A stretch of 64,000 bases of DNA. Source: a virus. Within the stretch, counting starts at the first letter, position 1, and each line of letters begins with the position of its first letter. Of this stretch, positions 35,467 through 46,100 are shown piece by piece. The position numbers were made by a program, and so were the translations under genes. Under the pieces are notes generated by a model. It searched no databases, had not been told where the DNA came from, and saw only the letters and a list, made by a program, of their open reading frames with translations. The DNA lies in the IMG/VR virus record IMGVR_UViG_3300021376_000007. One strand, given 5' to 3'.

Positions 35467-37950
35467 ATGGCACAATTATCAACTGATTCTCTAGCCTACT
35501 CTCAAATAATAGCTATTATACAGAAGTTCGTTGACGGCTATGTTAGTAATCAAAATGTTACACCTAAAGAATTTGATGCGGCCTATGCGGAAATGCTGGC
35601 AATAATAAGGGCTATTGTTGGCTCTCCCCTAGCCGAACTTGATTTAATAAACACAGGTGATATACCGTCTTCTGCGAGATTTAATAAAATGGTGGCAGCT
35701 ATTGGCGCAGATGTCAATATCATAACAAATCAATTAGACTCTCTTACCGCAAATTACATAAATTCTTTTAATATTTTGAATCAAGAAATAGAATCAGAAA
35801 AATCTTCTGTTGCAAGAATAAGATCTAAAATAGCTGCACTAGAGATGTACTCTAGCAGTTCCTCCAATAATATATCATATTTAGGTGACTTGTTAAATAA
35901 TATGGATTTAATAGATGTATCTAAAACTAAGGGTATTAACGTGTGTGATGTTTCTGCTGGAGTTGCAACGTTGCCACTAAAAGGGAGATCAAAATGGAAT
36001 TCTCGCGTTGTTGTTTATAATCAAAATTATAATAACTTTAATTCAGATCAAAACACCAATCCGTTTGGAATTTCTAATGGCTTAGCTGGATGTAGCTTTT
36101 TGTTTTCTGAAGGTACATTAAACAATGTGCAAGATCCTTTTTTGTTTCAAAAAGATTCTTTAACAGTTAAAAATGATCCAACAAAAATGATAGACCAAAG
36201 CCCGGTGTCCTATTATGAATACGAAGCGATTAGTTTGGACAAAAATCAATCTTCAGTCACTAGACCCTCTTATGAGTTTAGGTATATAAGCGGTAATAAT
36301 GAAGTTGAATGGTCAAGCTTTGATCACACAAAGCCACTTAAACTAACAGTTGAACTTAACTCAGTAAAGTCATCTGGGGAAAAGGTTAACTATCTTTCAA
36401 TAATTCCATTTTTTGGCTATGACGAAGTTGGTTTAAATGCAAGAATTAAAAATATAAAAGTTACGTCTATTCAATTGTATAACACAGTAACCAATAGATT
36501 GTTCCAGGTTATTCAAGGAAATCCCGTGTATATTGGTGCAGATATATCCGGATCTACAATAGGCAACTATAATAATTACTCATACAATAAAGGAATTTTT
36601 AGATTTGAAGAAGTAACCGCAAATAAAATTTACATTACTTTTGAACAAGATTTATTTAATGATGTGTTAATTAAAAATATATATTGGGAGCCTTATGCTT
36701 CTGAAACATATTTAAACTCTACTCAAAATTCTCCTAAGTGGAGAAATCAAAGTAGATTTGCCCCAGAACAGGACATGCCACCTGGCTACGTGCAGGGCTC
36801 CTTAAGGTGGAACAAAAATTCAATAATTCCATCGATTGAAAGACCTAATTCAATTAAGTCTTTAACAGCCGATTCTGTTAGGGTAGATCTTTCTTATTCT
36901 GTAAATACACCTGTTCAGAATAATAGATTAAAGTTAACAAAAGCCACAGATGTTTTTTGTTTTTACGAAAGAAAACAAACCTTTATGGGTAAGGAATATT
37001 ATGTGTTTAGAAACGTACCATCCATAAATGTTACGACTGGAGTAGTCAACTCAATAAAATCGGAGATTACAGCCGATCCCACAAAATCACCATGTGTATT
37101 TTTGGCAGAAAATGAAACACTTAGCCTTAAAAAAGTAGACTTATCAACAATTGGTATTGATGCTGGAACTGCGGTCACTGGTGGCTATCAACACACGCTC
37201 ACTATTTCTTGTGCAGAGAACCATAATCTTGCAGCTGGAGATCGCATTTTTCTAAGTGGAACAATAAGATCAGCAACCGTTGAGTTTAACGAAATATACC
37301 AAGTTGCCACTGTGATCAATTCAACTTCTTTTACTGTTGTTGACATCAGTGCCAACCAAGTTGCAGCGGGAACAAGCCCTGCAGTAACAGTTGTCTGCAT
37401 GCCATTGTATGCATTGGCGTCAACAACAAATTTAACAATAGACACAATATCCATAACCGCTCCAAAAGTAGAAACAGAGCAAGTATTTTTAAAGAGAAAA
37501 TATGAAAAATTAAGAGCAAAAAGAGCCAGTATAGGCATTAGAGATATATTTGTCGGAAAAGAATTATTTTCTGATAAAGCAGAAATTATATCAAAACCAT
37601 TTTATGTAAAAGAAAATGTTGACCTTGTAAGCCTTGAGGTTGAAGATAGAGTGCCGGCGACAGATGATGATTCAACATCAATCGATTACTACATAAGTGT
37701 AGACGATGGCATTAAGTGGATACAAATATCGCCGATACAAAGAAACTTTGTGGGAGTGCCGGAGATAGTGGCCTTTAATCAAAACATACCGTCGTCAAGC
37801 ATGCTGCCACAAATAGCCTACTACAATTATCCCGAAGTGCCAAATCCGATTAAATCCATAAGATTCAGAGCCATTATGAAAAAAAGCAGAAGCGGCAATT
37901 TAAGTCCTGAGTTAAGTCAGTATAAATTGGGAGTAAGATTTAAACAATGA
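35467..37950 (+). CDS. Virion structural/tail protein
   Basis: 827 aa. Helical N-terminus, beta-rich body, HNLAAGDRIFLSG-type beta-barrel seen in tail proteins. Confidence 0.6.
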   Translation: MAQLSTDSLAYSQIIAIIQKFVDGYVSNQNVTPKEFDAAYAEMLAIIRAIVGSPLAELDLINTGDIPSSARFNKMVAAIGADVNIITNQLDSLTANYINSFNILNQEIESEKSSVARIRSKIAALEMYSSSSSNNISYLGDLLNNMDLIDVSKTKGINVCDVSAGVATLPLKGRSKWNSRVVVYNQNYNNFNSDQNTNPFGISNGLAGCSFLFSEGTLNNVQDPFLFQKDSLTVKNDPTKMIDQSPVSYYEYEAISLDKNQSSVTRPSYEFRYISGNNEVEWSSFDHTKPLKLTVELNSVKSSGEKVNYLSIIPFFGYDEVGLNARIKNIKVTSIQLYNTVTNRLFQVIQGNPVYIGADISGSTIGNYNNYSYNKGIFRFEEVTANKIYITFEQDLFNDVLIKNIYWEPYASETYLNSTQNSPKWRNQSRFAPEQDMPPGYVQGSLRWNKNSIIPSIERPNSIKSLTADSVRVDLSYSVNTPVQNNRLKLTKATDVFCFYERKQTFMGKEYYVFRNVPSINVTTGVVNSIKSEITADPTKSPCVFLAENETLSLKKVDLSTIGIDAGTAVTGGYQHTLTISCAENHNLAAGDRIFLSGTIRSATVEFNEIYQVATVINSTSFTVVDISANQVAAGTSPAVTVVCMPLYALASTTNLTIDTISITAPKVETEQVFLKRKYEKLRAKRASIGIRDIFVGKELFSDKAEIISKPFYVKENVDLVSLEVEDRVPATDDDSTSIDYYISVDDGIKWIQISPIQRNFVGVPEIVAFNQNIPSSSMLPQIAYYNYPEVPNPIKSIRFRAIMKKSRSGNLSPELSQYKLGVRFKQ

Positions 37951-40157
37951 GTATAGAAAACATACAAAAGAAAAGATTAATTGATATATTGTTTAAAATA
38001 TATCACGCAATTGGAGATAAACCAAGCTATAACGATATAGATGTTTTGTTTGGTCAGTATTTTTCTGTTAATAAACCAGGAAATCCTGTGATTGTTCCGT
38101 ACGGAGATCTCAACGCTTTTTCCAAAATAGATTACAACACATTGAATAAGATAATGGCGACCTTGATGTTTAATATAGATGTTATTTATGATTCTTACAG
38201 TGAAGATGTTGAAGCCCTTTATGCCATAATTTCAGCTTACAAGTTTAGATTAGAAAATTTAAGAAACACAAGAGCAGAAGTAGAAACAAAAGTAGATGAT
38301 TATTTATTTTCTCTCAATAATACAGATGGCTTTTATTACAGTGTAACAAACGCGTTCAACAATTTAGAATCAACTGACATAGACAATACCACTGCTGTTG
38401 TTGACACCGAAACTAGAAAAGTTACTCTTCCAAAAATTACATCCGGACTATTTGATTATGTTGGGAACATATTAAGCAGAGCCACTGCCGTAGAAGTTGC
38501 AGTGTTTTTTGATGGAGAAAGAGTAGATCTAAGGCAGGGGGTTGATTTTTCTAATGTTTTTAATGGATTAAACAATTCCAATTGGAATTATGTGGGGCAA
38601 GATCAAACAGTCGGTTATAAATCGAGTACAATCGGCAACTGCACACTTAGAATAAGCGTGCCGATAGATAGCATTGGGAATGTGGGCGTTTCAAACATAG
38701 AAGGTAGATTGATTTCAAGAAAACAGGTTGACACATCCGTAATTGTGAATGACAGAGAAAATGCGGACAACTCATTATTTTTTTCCAAAAAAGGTTCGTT
38801 AGACTACGATGTGTTTTCTTTCAATTTTGAGCCAAAAGTAACTAGCAAAATTGATATATTTTTTTCAAAAATAGAACCGGATCAAGTTTTAACAGACAAC
38901 TCTCAAAATAAATTATACGTATATGACTTTACAATTGATGAATTAGTTATATCTGCTCCCTATTATGATTCTTCAGCTACATACATAAGCAAACCTGTTC
39001 AGGTGGTGGATGGCAAAAATAAAAACATGATGGTGGATGCAGTTATGCTAGAGGCGCAGGAACAAATACCTGCCGGCTGTTCTGTGAGATATTACATAGC
39101 GCAAGACAATGCATCAGAATCTGACGTAAATCAACTAAACTGGACAGAGATAGCACCTTCAAGTAGATCTTCGTCAAATTCTGAAAATATTATTAGATTT
39201 AATGGGGCAACAATGAAGGCAATGGAAATTGTCGACAAAATAAATAATTCAATTATTCCAACATCAACAAACTTTATTAGGATTCCAAGAACAGCAGATT
39301 ACAGTAACCCAATTCAAAACTATTATTATCAATCTGATTACTCTAACTATGGATTTAATTTATATAGATTAGCTAAGTTTCCATCTGGTATTGAGCCAAT
39401 TTCTCCATATATTTTAGAAAATGTAAAGTCAAAACAAATAAAAGTTCAGCATGTTGCAGGGACAACATTATCATTTTCTGCCTGGCAGGAAATAACATCT
39501 GGATATAGAAAAGATGTTGTCGTCACAACGAGTGAATCTGACATAGGTTCTACTGACGTATTTTTTACTGGCAACAGCATCCCTGCAGGAAGTGTTTATT
39601 TGTCGACTAATGTATACGCACAAACAGACGCAACGTATACCAACAGATTTTTAAAAACTTCTGAAGCTCAATATTGGAATGTAGATATATATTTAAACGG
39701 AAGATTACTTACGACTGTAGAGTCGGGAGCAATGTTCGCCTCAATTACCTGGAACTTTAGGAGGGGCCAGAACTCAATAGATATTGTAATAAACAATTCT
39801 ACAACAGGAACAAGTGCCTCTAGTTTTCAGGGATCAATATCTTTGATGGAGGGCATGTCATTGTCTCAAGAAGTCGGTTTAATGCCTTTCCAAAATTATC
39901 TTTTCCAGGTCAAAATAGAGGATTTAAGAACAATGCATTCTAATCAAGATAATGTTTTTTCTGTTATAACTTGGGAAAATAATAAAGAAATAGTTTACAG
40001 AAGAGAAAAAGAAATTTCAAGCGGCAGTATAGTGTATTATCTTCAAAATTTAGATAATGGAGTTCTTGGATTAAGAGTTAGAATAGACTTATCAAGGGGT
40101 CAAACAGCTTACTCTAGTCCAGCCATTAATTCTTACAAGCTCAAATTAAGGCACTAG
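37947..40157 (+). CDS. Virion structural protein
   Basis: 736 aa, ATGA overlap with the upstream gene, paralogous architecture. Confidence 0.6.
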   Translation: MSIENIQKKRLIDILFKIYHAIGDKPSYNDIDVLFGQYFSVNKPGNPVIVPYGDLNAFSKIDYNTLNKIMATLMFNIDVIYDSYSEDVEALYAIISAYKFRLENLRNTRAEVETKVDDYLFSLNNTDGFYYSVTNAFNNLESTDIDNTTAVVDTETRKVTLPKITSGLFDYVGNILSRATAVEVAVFFDGERVDLRQGVDFSNVFNGLNNSNWNYVGQDQTVGYKSSTIGNCTLRISVPIDSIGNVGVSNIEGRLISRKQVDTSVIVNDRENADNSLFFSKKGSLDYDVFSFNFEPKVTSKIDIFFSKIEPDQVLTDNSQNKLYVYDFTIDELVISAPYYDSSATYISKPVQVVDGKNKNMMVDAVMLEAQEQIPAGCSVRYYIAQDNASESDVNQLNWTEIAPSSRSSSNSENIIRFNGATMKAMEIVDKINNSIIPTSTNFIRIPRTADYSNPIQNYYYQSDYSNYGFNLYRLAKFPSGIEPISPYILENVKSKQIKVQHVAGTTLSFSAWQEITSGYRKDVVVTTSESDIGSTDVFFTGNSIPAGSVYLSTNVYAQTDATYTNRFLKTSEAQYWNVDIYLNGRLLTTVESGAMFASITWNFRRGQNSIDIVINNSTTGTSASSFQGSISLMEGMSLSQEVGLMPFQNYLFQVKIEDLRTMHSNQDNVFSVITWENNKEIVYRREKEISSGSIVYYLQNLDNGVLGLRVRIDLSRGQTAYSSPAINSYKLKLRH

Positions 40158-40163
40158 TATATC

Positions 40164-40601
40164 ATGGCAAAAAGTTATTCAGAACAAAACAAAAGAGAAA
40201 TCGTCTATGAGCCGAACATGTCTAGGCAGAGAATTCCATATTTGGGACCAATTCCTTCGCATGTATTAAACTTGTACTATGATCAATTCGTTGTGGACTG
40301 CGCCAAACTTGATAGTAAAGCAGAAGATTTATTATTTGAAATTAATCAACTGCATAAAAAGTATGCTTCAAACTACAGTTTGGCAACGCCAAACACCTTT
40401 GATGAAACCGATTTAGATGCAACTATATATTTTAATTATATAAATTTTGATAGAGATACTATGGATTATACTTTTGGTTCGTCAACTCCGTACTATTTAG
40501 ATGAAGTTTCTTTTAATACATACGCAATAAATTCGTCAAAACTTTCTCTAATACAAGAAAAAGTAAGAATAATTGAAGACCTAATAGCAAAGAAGGAATA
40601 A
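40164..40601 (+). CDS. Hypothetical structural protein
   Basis: Shares the Y-x-GPI-x-S motif with the next gene. Confidence 0.55.
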   Translation: MAKSYSEQNKREIVYEPNMSRQRIPYLGPIPSHVLNLYYDQFVVDCAKLDSKAEDLLFEINQLHKKYASNYSLATPNTFDETDLDATIYFNYINFDRDTMDYTFGSSTPYYLDEVSFNTYAINSSKLSLIQEKVRIIEDLIAKKE

Positions 40602-40602
40602 A

Positions 40603-41868
40603 GTGTCAGAGTTTATATATACAGAAAAAAAACTACAGCAATACCATGGTCCAATATCCAGCACTGATTTTAATACAAGAATAGAGCAAAATTATTCCGA
40701 CTTGGTTTATCTATACAATAAATACGGTGTTTTGGATAAGAAAATGTCTGAAATAATAGAGAGAGTTATAAAAGAAAATTTGTTTTTATCAGCTGCAATT
40801 CAAGATTTGCTTGACAGAGTTAGGGCAATTGAAAGTCAAAATACGAACCAGATGTCTTTATATTCAAAGTCCCAAATTGACATGACGCCTTTTGTCAATA
40901 CGTCGTACGCCATACCGGCAAGCCTATCCCTAGAATATAATGAGTACTATAATCAGCTGACGCTTCCCGTTGTTTCTGGATCTTCATATTCTAAAATTAA
41001 GTTTATAAATCCAGTGCATGGCCAGGTCATACCTGATTTTTTGGAAACAAAAATAGATAATTCACTTTCTGGTGGGGACACAACTGGTGCGGTGATAGAT
41101 ACTACTCCAGTACAAAACGCGCTTCTTGATCAGCCAGATAAAATATGGAGAAGAAATGTAATATTGAATTCCCCAAATCCACTGGGCGTTAGTACTTATT
41201 TGTATTTAAAAATACCATCAGGCTCTGTGGGCAGCACTTTGTCAAACAATATTAGATTAACGCCTTTCCCAGCAAGTGGGGTCGATGTAGTAAAGGTGGA
41301 ATACACGACTAAATTAAATCCAACCATGACAGACAAAGATGTATACGTTCCTGTAAATCCTGGATTCTATGACGGACAATATGATGCGCTAGGGAAAGTG
41401 GCACCCGGGGGTTGGACAACATCAGGATCTGACATAATTCAAAATGCAGGACCACTTAATTTCCTTTTTGCTGAGGTGCCGATCACGGCAATAAGAATAT
41501 TGTTGAGACAAAAAAATTATATCGTAGAAAACAATCAGTATGTTTACACATATGGGTTATCAAATCTTGATGTCAGATATGAAAAATTTCTACCAACTGG
41601 TAAGACGTTTATCAAGTTTAATGCACCAAGCGGCAAAACAATCAACGAGATAACCAATGTCTCTATAAAAATATACAACATTTCCCAATCGCTAGTTTCT
41701 CAAGCTTCTAGCTATAGGGTTTTTTACCCCAATGGGTCTACCTATACCCCCAATTCAAACACCGGTGCATCAAGCTCAGTCTATATTGAGCTGACCCTTA
41801 ACATGCTGGACAATAAAATACCTTTAATTGCATCAGACATCATAGTTCAGGCCGATTATAACTTATAG
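40603..41868 (+). CDS. Virion structural protein
   Basis: GTG start after AAGGA. YHGPISSTDFN helical N-terminus, beta-rich C-terminus. Confidence 0.6.
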   Translation: MSEFIYTEKKLQQYHGPISSTDFNTRIEQNYSDLVYLYNKYGVLDKKMSEIIERVIKENLFLSAAIQDLLDRVRAIESQNTNQMSLYSKSQIDMTPFVNTSYAIPASLSLEYNEYYNQLTLPVVSGSSYSKIKFINPVHGQVIPDFLETKIDNSLSGGDTTGAVIDTTPVQNALLDQPDKIWRRNVILNSPNPLGVSTYLYLKIPSGSVGSTLSNNIRLTPFPASGVDVVKVEYTTKLNPTMTDKDVYVPVNPGFYDGQYDALGKVAPGGWTTSGSDIIQNAGPLNFLFAEVPITAIRILLRQKNYIVENNQYVYTYGLSNLDVRYEKFLPTGKTFIKFNAPSGKTINEITNVSIKIYNISQSLVSQASSYRVFYPNGSTYTPNSNTGASSSVYIELTLNMLDNKIPLIASDIIVQADYNL

Positions 41869-41933
41869 TTTTCCTGCGAAAACCCTAAAATTGTTTTACT
41901 ATATTGACATAATATCTTTATAAGGAGAGAAAA

Positions 41934-42563
41934 ATGACTACTTTTTACGTTGGTCCAAGACCAGTTTTAAGAGGCGTAAACACCAACGATATGGTTAACC
42001 CATACTCTACAATGACAGGCAAGGCAAAGGGTACGGGAACATATTCTTTCTATCCGCTTTACAACACTAGTCATTTACTAGGCGGCTTTCCCGATAACGC
42101 ACATACCCCAGGGACAGGTTATCACCCCGGCGATGTGTTCATGTCACAATTGTTTAATGGCACTACGCTTTATGTTCATCCACTTTCTGGTACATTCCCA
42201 GATGGAACAGCCACATATGACGGAGCAAGGTTTCGCCCAATGGAGTACAAAGGACTTACTGCAGTAAGAGCCTTCCCATCGGGTTATGGTCACGAGGAAA
42301 GACAAAATGAATACAAGCACAGGGCCTATAGATTTGCTGGGCTAGCTTCAGCGCAGACCCTTACAAATGTTGGCCATACTTGGACAAGAACCGACTCATC
42401 CGGTGCTGCAAATTCATTTGGTTATTTTATACCCGAAGAACATAAAGGCACTGAAAGCTCTAAAGTTTTTACTTCGGGTTACGGCCAGGCAAATACAGCA
42501 GGAGATTATGGAAGATACAAAGTTCAAGAGTGGAAAGGCGTTGCCTCTTCAAAGGCTCTATAA
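41934..42563 (+). CDS. Gly/Tyr-rich protein with ~30-aa internal repeats
   Basis: Strong AAGGAG RBS. Repeats FRPMEYKGL / FIPEEHKGT / YKVQEWKGV. Confidence 0.65.
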   Translation: MTTFYVGPRPVLRGVNTNDMVNPYSTMTGKAKGTGTYSFYPLYNTSHLLGGFPDNAHTPGTGYHPGDVFMSQLFNGTTLYVHPLSGTFPDGTATYDGARFRPMEYKGLTAVRAFPSGYGHEERQNEYKHRAYRFAGLASAQTLTNVGHTWTRTDSSGAANSFGYFIPEEHKGTESSKVFTSGYGQANTAGDYGRYKVQEWKGVASSKAL

Positions 42564-42831
42564 TTATTACTCTAGCCCCATAGTCCTAGACAAGGACGAG
42601 AGAACTTCTGGAATATATGGTTGGATGGCTCTAATGTCTATTGTGGTTGCATACGATGCTTACGCCATAAAAACAAAAAAAGCAGAAACATTAACTAGGT
42701 ATTTTTGGAGATCAACAGAAGACATTAAAAAAAGCATATTTCCAATAGCTTGTTGGACGTTAATTACAGCTCACCTTTTAATGGAGAAGCAGGTCAGAAG
42801 AAGAAAATTTATACAACAGAACTCACAATAA
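42541..42831 (+). CDS. Small two-helix membrane protein (start uncertain, TTG 42541)
   Basis: GWMALMSIVVAYDAYA...IFPIACWTLITAHLL resembles small actinophage membrane proteins (from recall, not searched). Confidence 0.5.
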   Translation: MPLQRLYNYYSSPIVLDKDERTSGIYGWMALMSIVVAYDAYAIKTKKAETLTRYFWRSTEDIKKSIFPIACWTLITAHLLMEKQVRRRKFIQQNSQ

Positions 42832-42860
42832 GGTGATATAATCTATTGCATCATTTGATG

Positions 42861-42898
42861 GATTCCCGCTCCAGGAATGGGCGGGAATCTGTTTTTTA
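42861..42898 (+). terminator. Intrinsic terminator ending the structural module
   Basis: GATTCCCGC...GCGGGAATC stem followed by TGTTTTTT. Confidence 0.75.
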
Positions 42899-42941
42899 GA
42901 AGTAGTTTTATATCTTTTGATAAAGATAAAGAGGATTAATT

Positions 42942-43643
42942 ATGTCTATACAATCTGCAGAGGCAATGGTCTCGGAGGGGATTATGTCTTTTGATTTAGC
43001 AGAAAAGTATCTTAACATATATTTGGGTGAAGCGGATTGGAAAGAAAAAATTTCTCAGCTTTGGTCTGTCCAAAAGAAAAAGCTTGGAGACGAACAGAAG
43101 GCAAAAGAATTCGTAAAAAAGTCTGTAGCTTGTGCCTGCCTTTCTCCGATAATAAACAAATCTCCAATACCAGAAGAGAAGCACGTTTTGCTTTTTTGGG
43201 TTTCTGGGTGGCCACAATACAATGAACGAGATTGGTTTCAAACCCTAAGGGAAATTGTAAAAAAAGACTTAGAAATAGAAAATAATAGAAAAAAAATATT
43301 ATCATTAGGAATATTTGAGCAGATTGACATGTCTCCACTTACAAGACAGGCATATAATTGGCTATATGAAAAACTTAATAGGGAAAGTTTTTCCTCTGAA
43401 GAAAAAAAGAACGAAGCTGTAGAAAAGATAAAAAATTTAGTCAAGATATATGGTGGCGCAGTCATCTGTAATATATTCTCAAATTACAGTTTGAACACTG
43501 ACAGGGTGCTAAACTGGAGAAGCGGTTATTTTATAGAAAAAGAAATATACAAAGTTTATTCAGTTGATCAAGTTTTAAAGATTAAAAAAGCTGAAATATC
43601 AAAAACAAATCCAAAATATATTAAGACGTTAACAAATAAATAA
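42942..43643 (+). CDS. Hypothetical protein
   Basis: 233-aa ORF with GAGGA RBS. Confidence 0.7.
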   Translation: MSIQSAEAMVSEGIMSFDLAEKYLNIYLGEADWKEKISQLWSVQKKKLGDEQKAKEFVKKSVACACLSPIINKSPIPEEKHVLLFWVSGWPQYNERDWFQTLREIVKKDLEIENNRKKILSLGIFEQIDMSPLTRQAYNWLYEKLNRESFSSEEKKNEAVEKIKNLVKIYGGAVICNIFSNYSLNTDRVLNWRSGYFIEKEIYKVYSVDQVLKIKKAEISKTNPKYIKTLTNK

Positions 43644-43653
43644 GGAGAAATAG

Positions 43654-45756
43654 ATGACTACAGAAACCACCGCAACAGAGCTATTAGCCCCCGTAGCAAG
43701 TAAAAGTTTGTTAATGTACTCTTTTAGGTTAACTGATGATTTTGTAGAGCAATACAGATCTAAAAAACCACCTTTTGGATACACAGATGCAGGCGGTAAT
43801 TCGGTTGGAGAAATAACATTTCTTAGAACCTATTCTAGGATTAAAGAAGATGGGACAAAAGAGACTTGGGTTGATGTGTGCGAGAGAGTTATCAATGGAA
43901 CATACTCTCTTCAAAAAGATCACTGCAAAAAAAATAGACTTCCGTGGAATGACGCAAAGGCTCAAGCGTCGGCAAAAGAAGCTTTTGATAGATTATTTAA
44001 TCTAAAATGGACACCTCCTGGTCGCGGACTGTGGATGATGGGTACTCAAATTGTAAACGTACAAAAAAACTCTGCAGCACTGCAGAACTGCGCGTTTGTT
44101 TCTACATCTGAAATGACTAAGCTTAATCCTGCAAAACCATTTGGATTCTTAATGGAAGCATCTATGCTTGGAGTAGGGGTGGGCTTTGACGATAAGGGTG
44201 CTGATAAAGATTTTATTATCTATTCCCCAAATAGAGGAGAGGTTACAGAGGTTATTGAAGACAGCAGAGAGGGCTGGAGAGACTCCGCAATTTCTTTAAT
44301 AAATTCATATTTAAAGCCAGATCAAAATATTGTTTCTTTTGACTATAGTCAGATTAGGCCATTGGGCTCTCCAATTAAAACTTTTGGTGGAACAGCTTCT
44401 GGTCCAGCCCCACTGATAAAACTACATGAATCAATCAGAAGAATATTCAATAATCGCAACGGAGAAAAGCTTACTAGAAAGGACATAGCAGACATAGGAA
44501 ACCTAATTGGTGTATGTGTTGTGTCTGGAAACGTAAGAAGATCAGCAGAACTTCTAATTGGTAGAATCGACGATGAAGAGTTTCTTAATTTAAAGAACGC
44601 AGAAGTCTTTCCAGAAAGAAATTCATATGATTCAGAAAATCCAGGTTGGGGATGGATGTCAAATAATTCAGTTGAGGTTTTTGTTGGTCAAGATCTTTCT
44701 CCAATTGTTGACGGGATTGCTAGAAACGGTGAGCCGGGAGTGATTTGGATGGACATGTCTCGTAAATATGGAAGACTAGCAGATGGATTAAATAATAAGG
44801 ATCACAGAGTCGCGGGGTTTAACCCATGCGCAGAGCAGTCTCTCGAGTCCTACGAGTGCTGCACGTTGGTAGAAACATACCTAGGAAGACACGAATCCTT
44901 AGATGATTATAGAAGAACTTTAAAATTTGCGTACCTGTATGCTAAGACAGTAACGCTTCTTCCAACACACTGGGAAGAAACAAACGCCATCATGCAAAGA
45001 AATAGAAGAATAGGTGCCTCAATGTCAGGTGTTGCAGACTTTGCCGACAATAACGGAATGCCAGTTCTACGTGAGTGGATGGATGAGGGATATAAAACAA
45101 TACAGAGATATGACAATATATACTCAGAATGGCTTGGAGTTCGTGAGTCTATTAAAATGACAACAGTAAAACCTTCTGGCACAGTTTCTATTTTGGCAGG
45201 AGAATCACCTGGCGTTCACTGGACTCCGGGTGGACAGTTTTTTAATAGAACGATTAGGTTTTCAAATGACGACCCAATGTTACCTTTGTTTAGGATGGCA
45301 AACTATAGGGTAGAGCCAGCTTCTGAGTCTCCCGATACTACATCAGTAGTTTACTTCCCAATAAAATCCAATGCGAAAAGATCAGAAAAAGACGTAACTA
45401 TATTTGAAAAAATTGCTTTAGCAGCTGCTGCACAAAGATATTGGTCAGACAATTCTGTTTCTGTTACTGTATCTTTTGACGCAGAAACAGAGCAGCAGCA
45501 TGTTGGTACGGTTCTGCATATGTATGATGGGCAGTTGAAAACTGTTTCTTTCCTTCCTCAAGGAAATCAAACTTACCCACAAATGCCGTATACTCAAATA
45601 ACCGAAGAGGAGTATAACCAGGAAGGATCTACAAAACTCTTTCCAATAGATTTATCGGGAGTATACGCGGGACTAGCTGTTGATGCGATAGGCGAGTCTT
45701 ACTGCACCACAGATTCTTGTGAGATAAAATTTTTAAAAGATAATCAAAAGAGTTAA
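43654..45756 (+). CDS. nrdJ: Class II (adenosylcobalamin-dependent) ribonucleotide reductase
   Basis: PPGRGLW, ALQNC, GNVRRSA, NPCAEQ, TTVKPSGT motifs and C-terminal CTTDSC. Confidence 0.93.
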   Translation: MTTETTATELLAPVASKSLLMYSFRLTDDFVEQYRSKKPPFGYTDAGGNSVGEITFLRTYSRIKEDGTKETWVDVCERVINGTYSLQKDHCKKNRLPWNDAKAQASAKEAFDRLFNLKWTPPGRGLWMMGTQIVNVQKNSAALQNCAFVSTSEMTKLNPAKPFGFLMEASMLGVGVGFDDKGADKDFIIYSPNRGEVTEVIEDSREGWRDSAISLINSYLKPDQNIVSFDYSQIRPLGSPIKTFGGTASGPAPLIKLHESIRRIFNNRNGEKLTRKDIADIGNLIGVCVVSGNVRRSAELLIGRIDDEEFLNLKNAEVFPERNSYDSENPGWGWMSNNSVEVFVGQDLSPIVDGIARNGEPGVIWMDMSRKYGRLADGLNNKDHRVAGFNPCAEQSLESYECCTLVETYLGRHESLDDYRRTLKFAYLYAKTVTLLPTHWEETNAIMQRNRRIGASMSGVADFADNNGMPVLREWMDEGYKTIQRYDNIYSEWLGVRESIKMTTVKPSGTVSILAGESPGVHWTPGGQFFNRTIRFSNDDPMLPLFRMANYRVEPASESPDTTSVVYFPIKSNAKRSEKDVTIFEKIALAAAAQRYWSDNSVSVTVSFDAETEQQHVGTVLHMYDGQLKTVSFLPQGNQTYPQMPYTQITEEEYNQEGSTKLFPIDLSGVYAGLAVDAIGESYCTTDSCEIKFLKDNQKS

Positions 45757-45758
45757 CT

Positions 45759-46100
45759 GTGCAAGGATTTGAAGAAGATGACATCAATAAAATGTTTGAT
45801 GAATTAATGAGCTCTGCTTCCATAGAAGATACGAATAAAGAAGAAGCAATTTTTGATACAAAAAATCTTTTATTAATTCAAGAGTCTTTAATGGATAGTC
45901 TTTTGTCTGTAAATTCTTTAATATATAGATGTAACTTTGGTCCATCTTTTATCCCCACAAAAGAGTGGGAAGATTTACTGTCTTATTTGTATCAAGCGTC
46001 AGAAAATTTTTTTACTCACATGTCTAAGAACGATGATATAATGTATGCTATTACTGAAGAAGACGAACACGAACAAGAGGATACTGAAGAAGATGAATAG
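45759..46100 (+). CDS. Hypothetical acidic protein
   Basis: ORF packed between nrdJ and thyX. Confidence 0.6.
   Translation: MQGFEEDDINKMFDELMSSASIEDTNKEEAIFDTKNLLLIQESLMDSLLSVNSLIYRCNFGPSFIPTKEWEDLLSYLYQASENFFTHMSKNDDIMYAITEEDEHEQEDTEEDE

Noticed and set aside
42367-42563. Frameshift fusion of 41934 with the overlapping 42367 ORF
   Set aside because: No in-frame CGG. The upstream protein ends with a full repeat and the downstream frame has its own plausible TTG start.
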